DNA of 64,000 nt from Acidobacteriota bacterium (GTDB taxonomy: Bacteria > Acidobacteriota > UBA6911 > RPQK01 > JAJDTT01): positions 2,400,001 to 2,464,000 of the forward strand of contig OZ253580.1 of NCBI GenBank assembly GCA_965263035.1, in the 5' to 3' direction. Below the pieces are notes generated by a model. The model made no database searches. It had not been told where the DNA came from and worked only from the letters and a program-made list of their open reading frames with translations. Shown piece after piece: positions 39,047 to 48,987 of this stretch; position 1 is the stretch's first letter, and every line of letters starts with the position of its first letter. The position numbers and the translations under genes were made by a program.

Positions 39047-40201
39047 TCACTCCTGCAGATAACGGCGGACCTGCATCGCGGCTTCACGATACGCGTTCTG
39101 CCGGCCCAGACGGCCGGCGGCCTGTCCCAATTTCTTCCTGACGCTCGCCCTCTCCCCCTCGTCAGTGAGGAGCCGTATCAGATAGCGGCCGATGGTCCGT
39201 CCCCGGGCTTGCCACTGAATGAACTCGGGTACGATGCGTTCGCCCATGATCAGGTTGGTCAGAGAGTAGGTCCGGGTCCGGACCAGCAGACGGGCGAATA
39301 TCCATGTCGGCCACGACATCCGGTAGACCATGGCGAACGGAACGCGCAGCAACGTGGCTTCCAATGTAGAGGTTCCACTTTTGATTATGGCACAGTCGGT
39401 CCGGGGCAGGACTTGGGCCGTATCCTCCTCCCGAAACTCCAGGGGCAAGGGCTTGCCTCGACTTCCCAGCCAGCGCCGGTAGACTCTCTTCAACTCCTCG
39501 AGCGGGACGTCCGGAGCCTTGACCACCCAGAACCGGGCCTGGCAACGGCGGGAAGCGTATCGGGCCGCGTCCAGCAACCGCGGGAAGATTCGCCGCACTT
39601 CCTGGATCCGGCTGCCCGGCAACAAGGCCACCACCGGTTCCTCCCGGGGTCCGGAACCGCCACCGGGCGCCACTTCTCGAAGCCGCTCCAACGACGGATT
39701 CCCCACGTAGTGAGCGTTGACGCCCCGAGACCGAAAGTATTCCTGCTCGAAGGGGAAGACGGCCAACACGAGGTCCACGTCCCTCCGAATCTGGCTGACG
39801 CGCGAAGAGCGCCAAGCCCAGACCTGGGGTGCAATGAAGTATACGACCGTCACACCCGCCTGTTTCAAGCGGCGGGCCAGCCTCAGATTGAAGTCGGGGA
39901 AATCGACCAGGATGGCGAGTCGGGTCCGGCGCAACCGGACCTCCCGGAGAATGTTCCGATACAGCTTCCAATAGCTGCAGAGATTCCCAGCCGCCTCCCA
40001 GGGGCCGATGGCGGCAAGTCTGGAAACGTCCTCCAGCAGGTCGACGCCTGCCTGGGACATCTTTTGGCTTCCGCTGCCGAACCACTGGATTCGGACCCCG
40101 GGGCAGAGCCGGTCGACTTCCCGGACCAGGGCCGCGGCGTGCTGTTCGCCGGAGGTTTCTCCGGCTACCACCAGAACGGAGACTCTTGGAATCACATCCA
40201 T
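39047..40201 (-). CDS. lpxB: lipid-A-disaccharide synthase
   Basis: AGETSGE, VDFPDFN, PQVWAWR, LLPGSR, SGTSTLE; start uncertain. Confidence 0.93.
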   Translation of the reverse strand: MDVIPRVSVLVVAGETSGEQHAAALVREVDRLCPGVRIQWFGSGSQKMSQAGVDLLEDVSRLAAIGPWEAAGNLCSYWKLYRNILREVRLRRTRLAILVDFPDFNLRLARRLKQAGVTVVYFIAPQVWAWRSSRVSQIRRDVDLVLAVFPFEQEYFRSRGVNAHYVGNPSLERLREVAPGGGSGPREEPVVALLPGSRIQEVRRIFPRLLDAARYASRRCQARFWVVKAPDVPLEELKRVYRRWLGSRGKPLPLEFREEDTAQVLPRTDCAIIKSGTSTLEATLLRVPFAMVYRMSWPTWIFARLLVRTRTYSLTNLIMGERIVPEFIQWQARGRTIGRYLIRLLTDEGERASVRKKLGQAAGRLGRQNAYREAAMQVRRYLQE

Positions 40202-40350
40202 TGGACTGGACGGGGCGCCGGAAGTTTCATGCGGCTGCGATGTTTCGCGGAAGGTCATATCGGCCTGCAGCGAAAGTCGGTGACCGGTGGTCCCGGTCGG
40301 CGGTTGGAAACCACCGTTCCTGTCCAGCGATTGGAAATCGCCGCTCCGCG

Positions 40351-41490
40351 CTACCGGATCCGCTCCCGAATCCAGCCTCCGCCCAGGACCCGGTCACCCT
40401 GGTAGAAGACCGTTGCCTGACCGGGGGAGACCGACATCTGAGGAGCGTCGAAGACGACACGCGCCACTCCTCGTCCGTTCTCGCCTGCCGCCGTCCCGCA
40501 GCTGATCTCCGCGGGGGCCTCGGCGTGCCGGGAACGGATCTTGACCGAGGCCCGGACCGGGCGCCGGGGCGTCCGTCCCGAGATCCAATGGACACGCTCG
40601 GCCACCAGACCCGTGCTGAACAGCTCCTCCTTGTAACCGACGATCACGGCGTTCCTCCCCCGGTCCAGACGCAGGACGTACAGAGGCCGTGGATGCGAGA
40701 TGCCCAAGCCCCGCCTCTGTCCCACCGTGAATCGAAACAGTCCCCGGTGAGTCCCCACCCTCGAACCATCCCCCATGAGCACCGGCCCGGGACGCTGCTG
40801 CTCCTGCAGGACCGGCAGAAAACTCTGATCCACCTCTTTGGCCTGCCGGCGAATGAAGTCCGTGTAGTTGCCGCCGGAGACGAAACAGATTTCCTGGCTC
40901 TCCGGTTTGTCGGCCGTGATCAATCCGTTGGCGCGGGCAAGGTCCCGAACCGCCGCCTTGGGATACTCCCCCACGGGAAAGAGCGTCCGGGCCAATTGAT
41001 CCTGGTTGAGCTCAAAAAGAAAATAGGACTGGTCTTTGTCCGGGTCCCGGGCCTTCAGGAGCACGTGGCCGTCATCCTGGTCGTGATCCACCCGAACGTA
41101 GTGACCGGTGGCCACCCGCTGGAGACCGATCTGCCGGGCGAATTCCATCAACCGGTCGAACTTGACGAAGGTATTGCAGAGCACGCAGGGAGACGGAGTC
41201 CTGCCCTCCAGGTACTCTCCGATGAAGGTCCGGATGACCCTTTCCCGAAAGACCTTTTCCATGTTGACGACGTAAAACGGCAGCGACAACCGTTCGGCCA
41301 CCCGGCGCGCGTCGTAGGCGTCGTCCAGCGAGCAGCAACGGCCGGACCGGACCGCCGTTCCCTGCGGGTCCTTGCGGTGGTCCCACAGCCGCATGGTGCA
41401 ACCCACGATGTCGTAGCCCGCGTCCTTGAGCAGGACCGCGGCGGCAGAGCTGTCCACACCGCCGCTCATGGCCAGAAGAACTCGCTCCAT
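40351..41490 (-). CDS. mnmA: tRNA 2-thiouridylase
   Basis: AMSGGVDSS, PCVLCN, ATGHY, KDQSYFL, ESQEICF, PGQ. Confidence 0.96.
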   Translation of the reverse strand: MERVLLAMSGGVDSSAAAVLLKDAGYDIVGCTMRLWDHRKDPQGTAVRSGRCCSLDDAYDARRVAERLSLPFYVVNMEKVFRERVIRTFIGEYLEGRTPSPCVLCNTFVKFDRLMEFARQIGLQRVATGHYVRVDHDQDDGHVLLKARDPDKDQSYFLFELNQDQLARTLFPVGEYPKAAVRDLARANGLITADKPESQEICFVSGGNYTDFIRRQAKEVDQSFLPVLQEQQRPGPVLMGDGSRVGTHRGLFRFTVGQRRGLGISHPRPLYVLRLDRGRNAVIVGYKEELFSTGLVAERVHWISGRTPRRPVRASVKIRSRHAEAPAEISCGTAAGENGRGVARVVFDAPQMSVSPGQATVFYQGDRVLGGGWIRERIR

Positions 41491-41637
41491 GGTTGCCGAT
41501 CACTCCCTTCTTGGTTCCGATCCACGACTTGGCAGCCCGGGACAAGAACCGGCGACCACAAGGGCCGCCCTTGTCGCTTCCGTTTGCCCTTTGGTTCCCG
41601 GAGCGGACCCAATCCGGATTCTACCGGGGACGATCGA

Positions 41638-42411
41638 CTAAGACCAAAGGAACCCGCGCGATATGATCTCGATCTGCGAGTGGTTCACCGGCACGTCGTA
41701 AGGCTCGATGTTCTCGACGTGGGGCCGAAACCCGACCCGGATTCGACCGAAGCGATACCGCAGGTCGGCGCGAAACGACTCGACCATCTCATGGAGATCG
41801 CGGTCCGTGACGGCGCCGGATGCGCTTTTCCGGACCGTGGGTTCGTCGTCCTGCAGGGGCAGCCGATCCCACTCCTGAGCCAAATCGGAGAACAAGCTCC
41901 GCACGGTCGCCAGCCGGCGGTCCCGATGGGTATCCATCGACTTCTCCTCGGCCACCATCTTCATCATCACCGCTTTCAGCTCGATGACCCGGCGCAGGAA
42001 GACATCCCGCAACTCTTCCCGCTGCAGGACTCGCTCCCGGACCTCTCTCCGATGGCAACGCTGGATAAATTCCTCCCGACTCTCGTTGGGCCTTGAGTAG
42101 AGGTCCAACTCAATATTCTTCCAGATCCGGGACCGATAGCGACGGATCGAGTGATGGATGATCATGCTGTCGGCGAAATCGGGCCAATCCAATTCTCTTG
42201 GGGGATCGAACTCCTCGACCTCGTCCGGATTCACGGGAGTGACCATGTCCGGCGTCCAGTTGAGATCGGCGTCGTCCAACCATTCACCGCAGAAACAGTC
42301 CGAACTGGAGGCCCGGAAATTGGACCTCACGTCCTGGACATCCTGCCGGACCAAGAAAAACAGTGAGGGAGTGGAGACCGCACTCCCGCCAAGTCGTCGA
42401 TAGTGTTTCAA
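41638..42411 (-). CDS. hypothetical protein
   Basis: Long ORF with protein-like composition; start uncertain (TTG 42411 chosen). Confidence 0.55.
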   Translation of the reverse strand: MKHYRRLGGSAVSTPSLFFLVRQDVQDVRSNFRASSSDCFCGEWLDDADLNWTPDMVTPVNPDEVEEFDPPRELDWPDFADSMIIHHSIRRYRSRIWKNIELDLYSRPNESREEFIQRCHRREVRERVLQREELRDVFLRRVIELKAVMMKMVAEEKSMDTHRDRRLATVRSLFSDLAQEWDRLPLQDDEPTVRKSASGAVTDRDLHEMVESFRADLRYRFGRIRVGFRPHVENIEPYDVPVNHSQIEIISRGFLWS

Positions 42412-42691
42412 GATGGGTGCCAGCAACCGCGAATTATAGCACGGGGGTGGACGAGGAAAGAGGAAAGAGACAAGGAGAGAAGAGGGGGGGCGCCTGCTCC
42501 CGGCCAGGGGCCTCGACCGGGCAGAAACTGTCCGAATGATAGACATTCGGTGTCCACTATTTTTACACCTTGTATCTCATTGATATATTTGGACTTTCCT
42601 TGATTTGGGCCGTGATGGGCTGTCAAACTGGTTGACGGTCCCAATTTTGGAAGCTCGCCGTAACATCAAGCAATACAACGGTTTTCGTAGT

Positions 42692-42707
42692 TGGCACGGG
42701 TCTTGCT
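42692..42707 (+). promoter_or_regulatory. sigma54 (-24/-12) promoter
   Basis: TGGCACG-GGTC-TTGCT matches the TGGCACG-N4-TTGCW consensus, 27 bp before the ATG. Confidence 0.8.
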
Positions 42708-42734
42708 ACAAGAATGCCTCAGAAGGAGGTGTTC

Positions 42735-43307
42735 ATGAGAGCTTGCGCTGCGAAACCGACATCTTGGGAAGGACGGCTGATCTTGGGAGTCCGCGACGGG
42801 GACGAGGGAGCCTTCAGGGAACTCTTCAGGCGCTACCAGGGCAACATCTATGGAACTGCTCTCCGAATCCTCAAGGAGGAGCAGGCTGCCTGGGACGCTC
42901 TGCAGGAAACCTTCGTCAACATTCACAGAGCGTGCCACAAGTTTCGGGGTGACTCCAAGCTGGGCACCTGGATCAACAGAATCACCATCAACGTCTGCCT
43001 GGAGATGCTCCGACGGAACCGGAAGCTTCGCCGCAACTTGGACGGGGACGTTTCGGAATGGGTCCAATTGGAGGACGCTTCCCAGCGGACCCCTTTTGAA
43101 GAACTCCGGCGCACGGAGATCAGGACACGAGTCCGGGCTGCCATTTCGGCCCTCAACGAACGCCACCGCAAGGTGGTCTGGCTGCACGACCTGGAAGGCT
43201 TCACCATCCGCGAAATCGCCGAATCCCTGAAAGTCGCCGAAGGCACGATCAAATCGCGCCTGTTCTACGGCCGGCGCCAACTGCGGCAACGCCTCGAGGC
43301 GGCCTGA
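42735..43307 (+). CDS. ECF sigma factor
   Basis: AAGGAGG RBS; DALQETF, FRGDSKLGTWI.RI..N, EIAE.L....GTIKSRL. Confidence 0.92.
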   Translation: MRACAAKPTSWEGRLILGVRDGDEGAFRELFRRYQGNIYGTALRILKEEQAAWDALQETFVNIHRACHKFRGDSKLGTWINRITINVCLEMLRRNRKLRRNLDGDVSEWVQLEDASQRTPFEELRRTEIRTRVRAAISALNERHRKVVWLHDLEGFTIREIAESLKVAEGTIKSRLFYGRRQLRQRLEAA

Positions 43308-43391
43308 GCCCCGGCCGCAAAATGCCGCCGCGGCCTCCTCCCCCCGGCCGCGGCGGCTGGGAGGGCGGCTATTCAATGGGCGTCTCCAGAC

Positions 43392-43451
43392 TGTATAGGG
43401 GGGACTCCGTCCCCTTACCCCCCTAATCGGCGACAAGAAAGTCGCCGCTCC
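43392..43451 (+). repeat. partial composite REP element; unoccupied group IIC target site
   Basis: GGGGACTCCGTCCCC..CGGCGACAAGAAAGTCGCCGCTC|C, same as the 5' exon of both IIC introns. Confidence 0.8.
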
Positions 43452-44867
43452 TTACCTGGCGGCTCGGTACCGTTTGAGCTTCGAGATAATCGTCTGACGG
43501 CTCACCTGGAGCGCTTCAGCGGCCCGGCTCCGGTTATTGTCATGGACGCGGAGGGCCTCCAGGATGAGCTCGCGTTCCAGTTGCGCCAACCGCTGCTTCA
43601 AGGAACTGTGGTCGGGCCCCGATTCGGGTGGAAAGGAGATCCTCCCCGACAGCGCCGAGGGTGAAATGGGGCGGCCCGGGTCGGCAAGAATGACCAGCCG
43701 CTCCACTTCGTTCTCCAATTCCCGGACATTGCCGGGCCAGGAATAGCCGCGGAGCACTTCCAGTGTCGTTGGATCGAAACGACAGGCGAACTTGTTCAGC
43801 CGTCTGCAGGAACGCTCCAGAAAGAACTGGGCCAGCTCGTCCACGTCCTCCGGCCGGATCCTGAGGGGAGGCACCATGACGGTGAACACGTTGAGGCGGA
43901 AGAAGAGATCCTGCCGAAAGCGGCCTTCGGCGACCTCCCGGGTCAGGTCCCGGTTCGTGGACGCGACCACGCGGACGTCGACCTTCTTGGGAGCTTCCGC
44001 ACCCACCGGAAAGATCTCGCTCTCCTGAAGCGCCCGGAGCAGCTTCACCTGAAGGTCCAGCGGCGCCTCTCCCACCTCGTCCAAAAAAATAGTGCCGCCA
44101 TCGGCCAGTTCGAAGTACCCCTTCTTCTCCCCCGTCGCACCGGTGAAGGCTCCCTTCTTGTGACCGAAAAACGCGCTCTCCACCAGGTCGGCCGGGACGG
44201 CGCCGCAGTTGACCGGCACGAAGGCCTCCTCCGCTCTGGGGCTCCCATCATGGACGTATCGGGCCAGAAGCTCCTTTCCGGTTCCGGTCTCCCCCTGGAG
44301 AAAGACCGTAGAACCGGTGGGGGCCACCCGGTCCAGCAAACGAAGCAGCGCCCTGATGGCTCGGCTGCGGTAAACGAGCCTTGGTTTGGAGTCTTCCAAG
44401 AACTGCTTTTCCTCTCGCAGCTTCAGGTTCTCCGCCTCGAGACGGCTGTTGATCCGGTGGAGCTCCCTTCCGAGACGCTCCTGCTCCCGCTTCAACTCCC
44501 AGCGGCCCAACTCCTGTTTCACCACTTTCCGCAGAGAGTGGGGATCCCAGGGTTTGGTGATGTAACGATGGACGTGCCCCTGATTGATGGCGTCCATCAG
44601 GTCCTCGGACTCGGTGTAGCCGGTGAGGATGATCCGGACCGTGTGGGGCCGGATCTGCAGCGAACGATGCAGCAGTTCCACACCACTCATGGCCGGCATC
44701 CGTTGATCGGTGATGACGGCCGAGACCCCCCTCCGGCGCAGCAAGTCCAAAGCCTCCCGGGCGGAGGAGGCCTCCAGCACCTCGTAATCGTTGATGAAGG
44801 TGCGGCGCAGCTTCTGAAGATTGCCCGCCTCGTCGTCGACCACCAGCAGTGAGTGCCTGTCATTCAT
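43452..44867 (-). CDS. NtrC-family sigma54-dependent response regulator
   Basis: Receiver DQRMP; GETGTGKE; GAFTGA; WPGNVREL; Fis-type HTH. Confidence 0.94.
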   Translation of the reverse strand: MNDRHSLLVVDDEAGNLQKLRRTFINDYEVLEASSAREALDLLRRRGVSAVITDQRMPAMSGVELLHRSLQIRPHTVRIILTGYTESEDLMDAINQGHVHRYITKPWDPHSLRKVVKQELGRWELKREQERLGRELHRINSRLEAENLKLREEKQFLEDSKPRLVYRSRAIRALLRLLDRVAPTGSTVFLQGETGTGKELLARYVHDGSPRAEEAFVPVNCGAVPADLVESAFFGHKKGAFTGATGEKKGYFELADGGTIFLDEVGEAPLDLQVKLLRALQESEIFPVGAEAPKKVDVRVVASTNRDLTREVAEGRFRQDLFFRLNVFTVMVPPLRIRPEDVDELAQFFLERSCRRLNKFACRFDPTTLEVLRGYSWPGNVRELENEVERLVILADPGRPISPSALSGRISFPPESGPDHSSLKQRLAQLERELILEALRVHDNNRSRAAEALQVSRQTIISKLKRYRAAR

Positions 44868-46981
44868 GATTTCAGGGGCAGCCGGACGCAGAAACGGGTG
44901 CCGCGTCCCACTTCGCTCTCCACTTCGATGGACCCTTGGTGCTGCTGCACGATCCCATAGCTGATACTCAGGCCCAGTCCCGTGCCCTGACCCACGGCCT
45001 TGGTGGTAAAGAAGGGCTCGAAGACCTTCCCCAGATGTTCCTTCCCGATCCCGGAACCATCGTCCTCGATCTCGATCACCGCCTCTCCGTTATCCGTCGA
45101 AGTCCGGATCCGAATCTCACCACGATCGGGAATGGCCTGACAAGCATTGGAGAGGACGTTCATGAAGACCTGGCTCATGCGCCCCGGGTGGCATTCCACC
45201 GGGGGCACGTCGCCATAGTCCTTCTGAATTCGGATCCGGTCGCGGTATTCGTTGTGCAGCAGGTTCAACGCCAGATCCAAAGGCTCCTGGATCGGAACCC
45301 GCTGCGTCTTGTCCACGTCCATCCTGGAGAAGGTCCTCAGGTCTCCGATGATGGCGTGGATTCGCTCGGCCCCCTCGTCGAAGTTGTCCATCAGGCGGTC
45401 GAGATCCTCGATGACGAAGTCGTAGTTGATGCGCCGCCGCAAGGAATCGAGCCTCTCTCGATCCTCGGGCTTGAGGCCGGAATGGCTATCGTAGAAGTGG
45501 ATCACCTCTTCCAACTTCTGAACGTACTGGCGCAGGAAGTCGGTGTTGCCGTAGATGAAGTTGAGGGGATTCTTGATCTCGTGGGCGATGCCGGCGACCA
45601 GTTGGCCCAGCGACGCCATCTTTTCGCTCTGGACCAGTTGTACCTGGGTGTCCTTGAGTTCCTGATACGCCTTCCGAACTTCCCGGCCGGTCCGCTCCAG
45701 CTCGCTGGTCCTCTTCTTGACCTTCTCTTCCAGGCTTCGATTGAGCTCGATCAGGGCCTGGCTCCGATCCTGAAGCGACTGGGCCATTTCATTGAAGGTC
45801 ACGGCCAACTCGCCGATCTCGTCCCGGGAGGCCACCTGCACCCGCTGGTCCAGCTCGCCGCCGGCCAGCACGCGGGCGCCCCGGGTGAGCCGCTTGACCG
45901 GGATGGTGATGCCCCGCGCGATGGAGTAGGTCAGCAGCCCCACCAGCACGGCGGTCAGCGAGACGGCCCCCAGCAGCACCTGCTTGAGGTCCTGCACGGG
46001 GGCGAAGATGTCTTCGTCGTTGATGCCCACTCCGCAGATCCACTGAAAAAATTCATGATTCACCACCGCCAGACCGCTGATCTTGGAGGTGCCGGGAGGA
46101 TACTCGTAGTAGAAATGGGTGGTTCCGGCGACGATGGCATCCTGGAGGTCATCGAGGCCGTGGTCCTCCACCAGACGCGAGCCGTAGTTGTCCACCAGGG
46201 GGACTCTCCCCCCTCCCGAACCGGGCCGATTCCTCCGGTATTTGTGCCCGATGACGGTATTCACGTCCTTTCCGAAGAGAAAGGCGTATCCGGAGGTCAG
46301 GGAGCGCTGCTCCAGGTCCTCTTCGATCTTGTCCAGGAACGCCTGGACATACTCCCAGTTCATGTAGGCCAGAACCCCTCCCACCACCGCCCCCGTCCCG
46401 GACATGAAGGGGGCCGCGAATCCGATGGATCTCTGGCGGGCGATATCGTCGTCCTGATAGGAATAGAGTTGCCGAATCAGGGGCGAGGCGTGCCAGTCCA
46501 GGTAGCCGAAACGCCCTTGACGGACCTCCTCCAGCCAACTGCCGTCCCCGGTGTAGGAAAGGAGGCTCTGCCCCTGCAGGCGCGCGAGCCGTTCCGGGTC
46601 CAGGCTCACTCCCACGGCGTTCCGGTCGATGCTGCTGGTGGAGAGCACACGGCCCTCCACATCGAACAGCACCAGCAGGTCGTAGACCTCGTGCACCACC
46701 ACCAACTGGTTCAGCAGCAGCGTGGGAGGATCGACTCGCCGGATCAGATAGTCTCCCAGTTCCCGGTGGAGGGTCATGGAGACCGTCTCCTCCTTCTTCT
46801 CCAGGATCGAAAGCCGGATGTTGTCGGCGATGTCCTGGGCGACCTGCTCCAGATAGAGGACGATCCGGTCCTGGGTGATGCGCTCTTTGGCCTGGTGGTA
46901 GGCGAAGGCACAGATGGCGGCCAACGGGATCACCGCCAAGGGGAGAATGAAGAGGACCAGTTTGTGCCGAAGGCTTCTCAC
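44864..46981 (-). CDS. membrane sensor histidine kinase (periplasmic sensor, HAMP)
   Basis: Two TMs; DEIGELA..FN; GIAHEIKNP; FFTTK..G.GTGLGL. Confidence 0.93.
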   Translation of the reverse strand: MRSLRHKLVLFILPLAVIPLAAICAFAYHQAKERITQDRIVLYLEQVAQDIADNIRLSILEKKEETVSMTLHRELGDYLIRRVDPPTLLLNQLVVVHEVYDLLVLFDVEGRVLSTSSIDRNAVGVSLDPERLARLQGQSLLSYTGDGSWLEEVRQGRFGYLDWHASPLIRQLYSYQDDDIARQRSIGFAAPFMSGTGAVVGGVLAYMNWEYVQAFLDKIEEDLEQRSLTSGYAFLFGKDVNTVIGHKYRRNRPGSGGGRVPLVDNYGSRLVEDHGLDDLQDAIVAGTTHFYYEYPPGTSKISGLAVVNHEFFQWICGVGINDEDIFAPVQDLKQVLLGAVSLTAVLVGLLTYSIARGITIPVKRLTRGARVLAGGELDQRVQVASRDEIGELAVTFNEMAQSLQDRSQALIELNRSLEEKVKKRTSELERTGREVRKAYQELKDTQVQLVQSEKMASLGQLVAGIAHEIKNPLNFIYGNTDFLRQYVQKLEEVIHFYDSHSGLKPEDRERLDSLRRRINYDFVIEDLDRLMDNFDEGAERIHAIIGDLRTFSRMDVDKTQRVPIQEPLDLALNLLHNEYRDRIRIQKDYGDVPPVECHPGRMSQVFMNVLSNACQAIPDRGEIRIRTSTDNGEAVIEIEDDGSGIGKEHLGKVFEPFFTTKAVGQGTGLGLSISYGIVQQHQGSIEVESEVGRGTRFCVRLPLKS

Positions 46982-47061
46982 GGCGTTCCCTTCAATGTCC
47001 AGTTTATAGACAGTTCAGTGACAAATTCTACAACATTCGGTCTCTGTGTCAACGGACCGGT

Positions 47062-47240
47062 GGGAGCGCGACTTTCTTGTCGCCCACTGGGAGAGCCGGC
47101 TTTCTTGTCGCCCATTGGGAGAGGCGGTTTTCTTGCCGCCTCCTCTTCTTTGTTGCTATGCGATTCTGTAGGCAGCAAGTGTAGAGTGGGGGACTCCGTC
47201 CCCCCTGCCCCCCTGGTCGGCGACAAGAAAGTCGCCGCTC
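47062..47240 (+). repeat. composite REP element (three hairpins, linker, terminal hairpin) forming the 5' exon of the intron
   Basis: Reverse-complement homologue of 31953-32004 plus 33375-33502, and of 56546-56680. Confidence 0.85.
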
Positions 47241-47870
47241 GTGCGCCCGACATGGGCTGTATCTAAGGGATGAAAGATCCCAAGGGAGGTGATGGGACCA
47301 ACCCTAGCCGAACCGCAAGGCGTAGCCGCGAGGTGAAGCTGAAGGAAGCGGAAGGCAAACCCACGACCGCAGGAACACGAACCGGCAGCGAGGCCGGGTG
47401 CGGGCGGTGAGCTGGCGAGCAACAGCGAAACCCGAACCCCATCCAGACGTACCAGGTAGAGCCGGGCGGCCCGGGGGGAAAGATGCAGCACCTTACTCGG
47501 GGAGATCTCAAGGGTGAGAGCCTTTGAGAAGTCAGCAGAGGTCATAGTAGCGAAGAAGCCGGATAATGCCGGTGGAGCGAAGGACCGAAGGAGTCGGACG
47601 GGCCCTATGGTGGACTCGTCAGCGGGATCGCAACTACCTCCGGAAACGGGGCGGGGGGAGGCCCCTCGGACCCGGCACGGAAGGCCCAAGGGTGGAACCC
47701 GTCAAGCCGGAAGGGCGGAGATCAAGTCCCAGCGGCGGCGAAAACCGGAAAGAAAGGCCCTTTACGAGGCTCGAAAGAGCCTCGAGTGACTCCAACCGCC
47801 GGATACTGAAAACGGTACGTCCGGTGGTGTGGGAGGGTGCAGGGGCGCAATCCCCTGCACTCGACCCGAT
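47241..47870 (+). ncRNA. ORF-less group IIC intron, 630 nt, copy 1
   Basis: 5' GTGCGCCC; IIC-type domain V AACCGCCGGATACTGAAAACGGTACGTCCGGTGGT; 3' ..CGACCCGAT; domain IV ~200 nt closed by GAGTC/GACTC with no RT ORF. Confidence 0.92.
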
Positions 47871-47874
47871 CCGT

Positions 47875-48987
47875 TCAGGCGGGTCGGAAGGTCTCGGATC
47901 GAACGGTGATCCGATCGATCCACTCCAGGTCTGGTTCGTAACCGATCCCGGGGTCCGTGGAAGGAGTGATGGTCCCGTCCGAGTCGACTTCGATGGGAGG
48001 ACGAGCCGTGTCCCGATGGAAATAGCGGCGGCTGGCCGAGACGTCTCCGGGGAGAGTGAAGTTCTCCAGAGTGGAGAGAGCCACATTGTGGGCGCGTCCG
48101 ATGCCGGTCTCCAACATCCCTCCGCACCAGACCGGAACGCCTCGGGCCTGGCAGACGTCGTGGACCGCCTTGGCCTCGGTGTGTCCCCCCACACGCCCCA
48201 TCTTGATGTTGACGATGCGGCAGGCTCCCACGGCGATGGCATGGTCCGCGTCCCGCCGGTGGCGAATCGATTCGTCCAGACAGATGGGGGTCCGGAGCCG
48301 GGCCTGGAGCTCGACGTGCCGGAAGACGTCGTCGTACTCCAGGGGCTGCTCCATCATCAGCAGGTTGAACTGGTCCAGTTCCGCCAAGTGGTCGAAGTCG
48401 GCCAAGCCGTAGGCGGAGTTGGCGTCCACCATGAGCGAGATCGTGGGAAAGCGCTGGCGGACGGCGGCCACGATGTCGAGGTCCCAACCCGGCTTGATCT
48501 TGATCTTGATCCGCTGGTATCCCGCCTCCATCTCCTCCTCGATCTTGCGCAGGAGAATGTGGGGGTGATCCTGGATGCCGATGGAGACGCCGCAGGGGAT
48601 CCGGCGATGGCGTCCCCCCAGAAGCTTCCACAGGGGCACTCCCGCCGCCTTGGCCTGGAGATCCCAGAGCGCCGCCTCCAGACCGGCCTTGGCCATGGGA
48701 TGCCCCCGCACCGATCGGACCCAGCCCGGAAACTCGTCCGCCCGGCTGAAGCGGACATCCAGCATCCGAGGGACCAGGAACCGGCTCAGGACCGGCCAGA
48801 CGGTGTCCACCGTCTCATAGCTGAATCCTGGCGCATCGTCGGCGACACACTCACCCCAGCCGGAGAGCCCGTCCGCCCGGACTTCCGCCAATAGGACCCG
48901 GCGGCCGTAGACCCGGCCGAAGCTGGTCTCGAAGAAATGGACGAGAGGAAGGCTGATTTCGCGAACGACAACCCGCTCCAGCTTCAC
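47875..48987 (-). CDS. menC: o-succinylbenzoate synthase / N-acylamino acid racemase (enolase superfamily)
   Basis: KIKI, VDANSAY, EQP, LDES, NIKMGRVGG, WCGGMLE. Confidence 0.85.
   Translation of the reverse strand: MKLERVVVREISLPLVHFFETSFGRVYGRRVLLAEVRADGLSGWGECVADDAPGFSYETVDTVWPVLSRFLVPRMLDVRFSRADEFPGWVRSVRGHPMAKAGLEAALWDLQAKAAGVPLWKLLGGRHRRIPCGVSIGIQDHPHILLRKIEEEMEAGYQRIKIKIKPGWDLDIVAAVRQRFPTISLMVDANSAYGLADFDHLAELDQFNLLMMEQPLEYDDVFRHVELQARLRTPICLDESIRHRRDADHAIAVGACRIVNIKMGRVGGHTEAKAVHDVCQARGVPVWCGGMLETGIGRAHNVALSTLENFTLPGDVSASRRYFHRDTARPPIEVDSDGTITPSTDPGIGYEPDLEWIDRITVRSETFRPA

Noticed and set aside
47156-47789. Short ORFs in the intron copies (and 55906-56636, 36347-36958)
   Set aside because: No RT or maturase motifs; they are chance frames across structured intron RNA.
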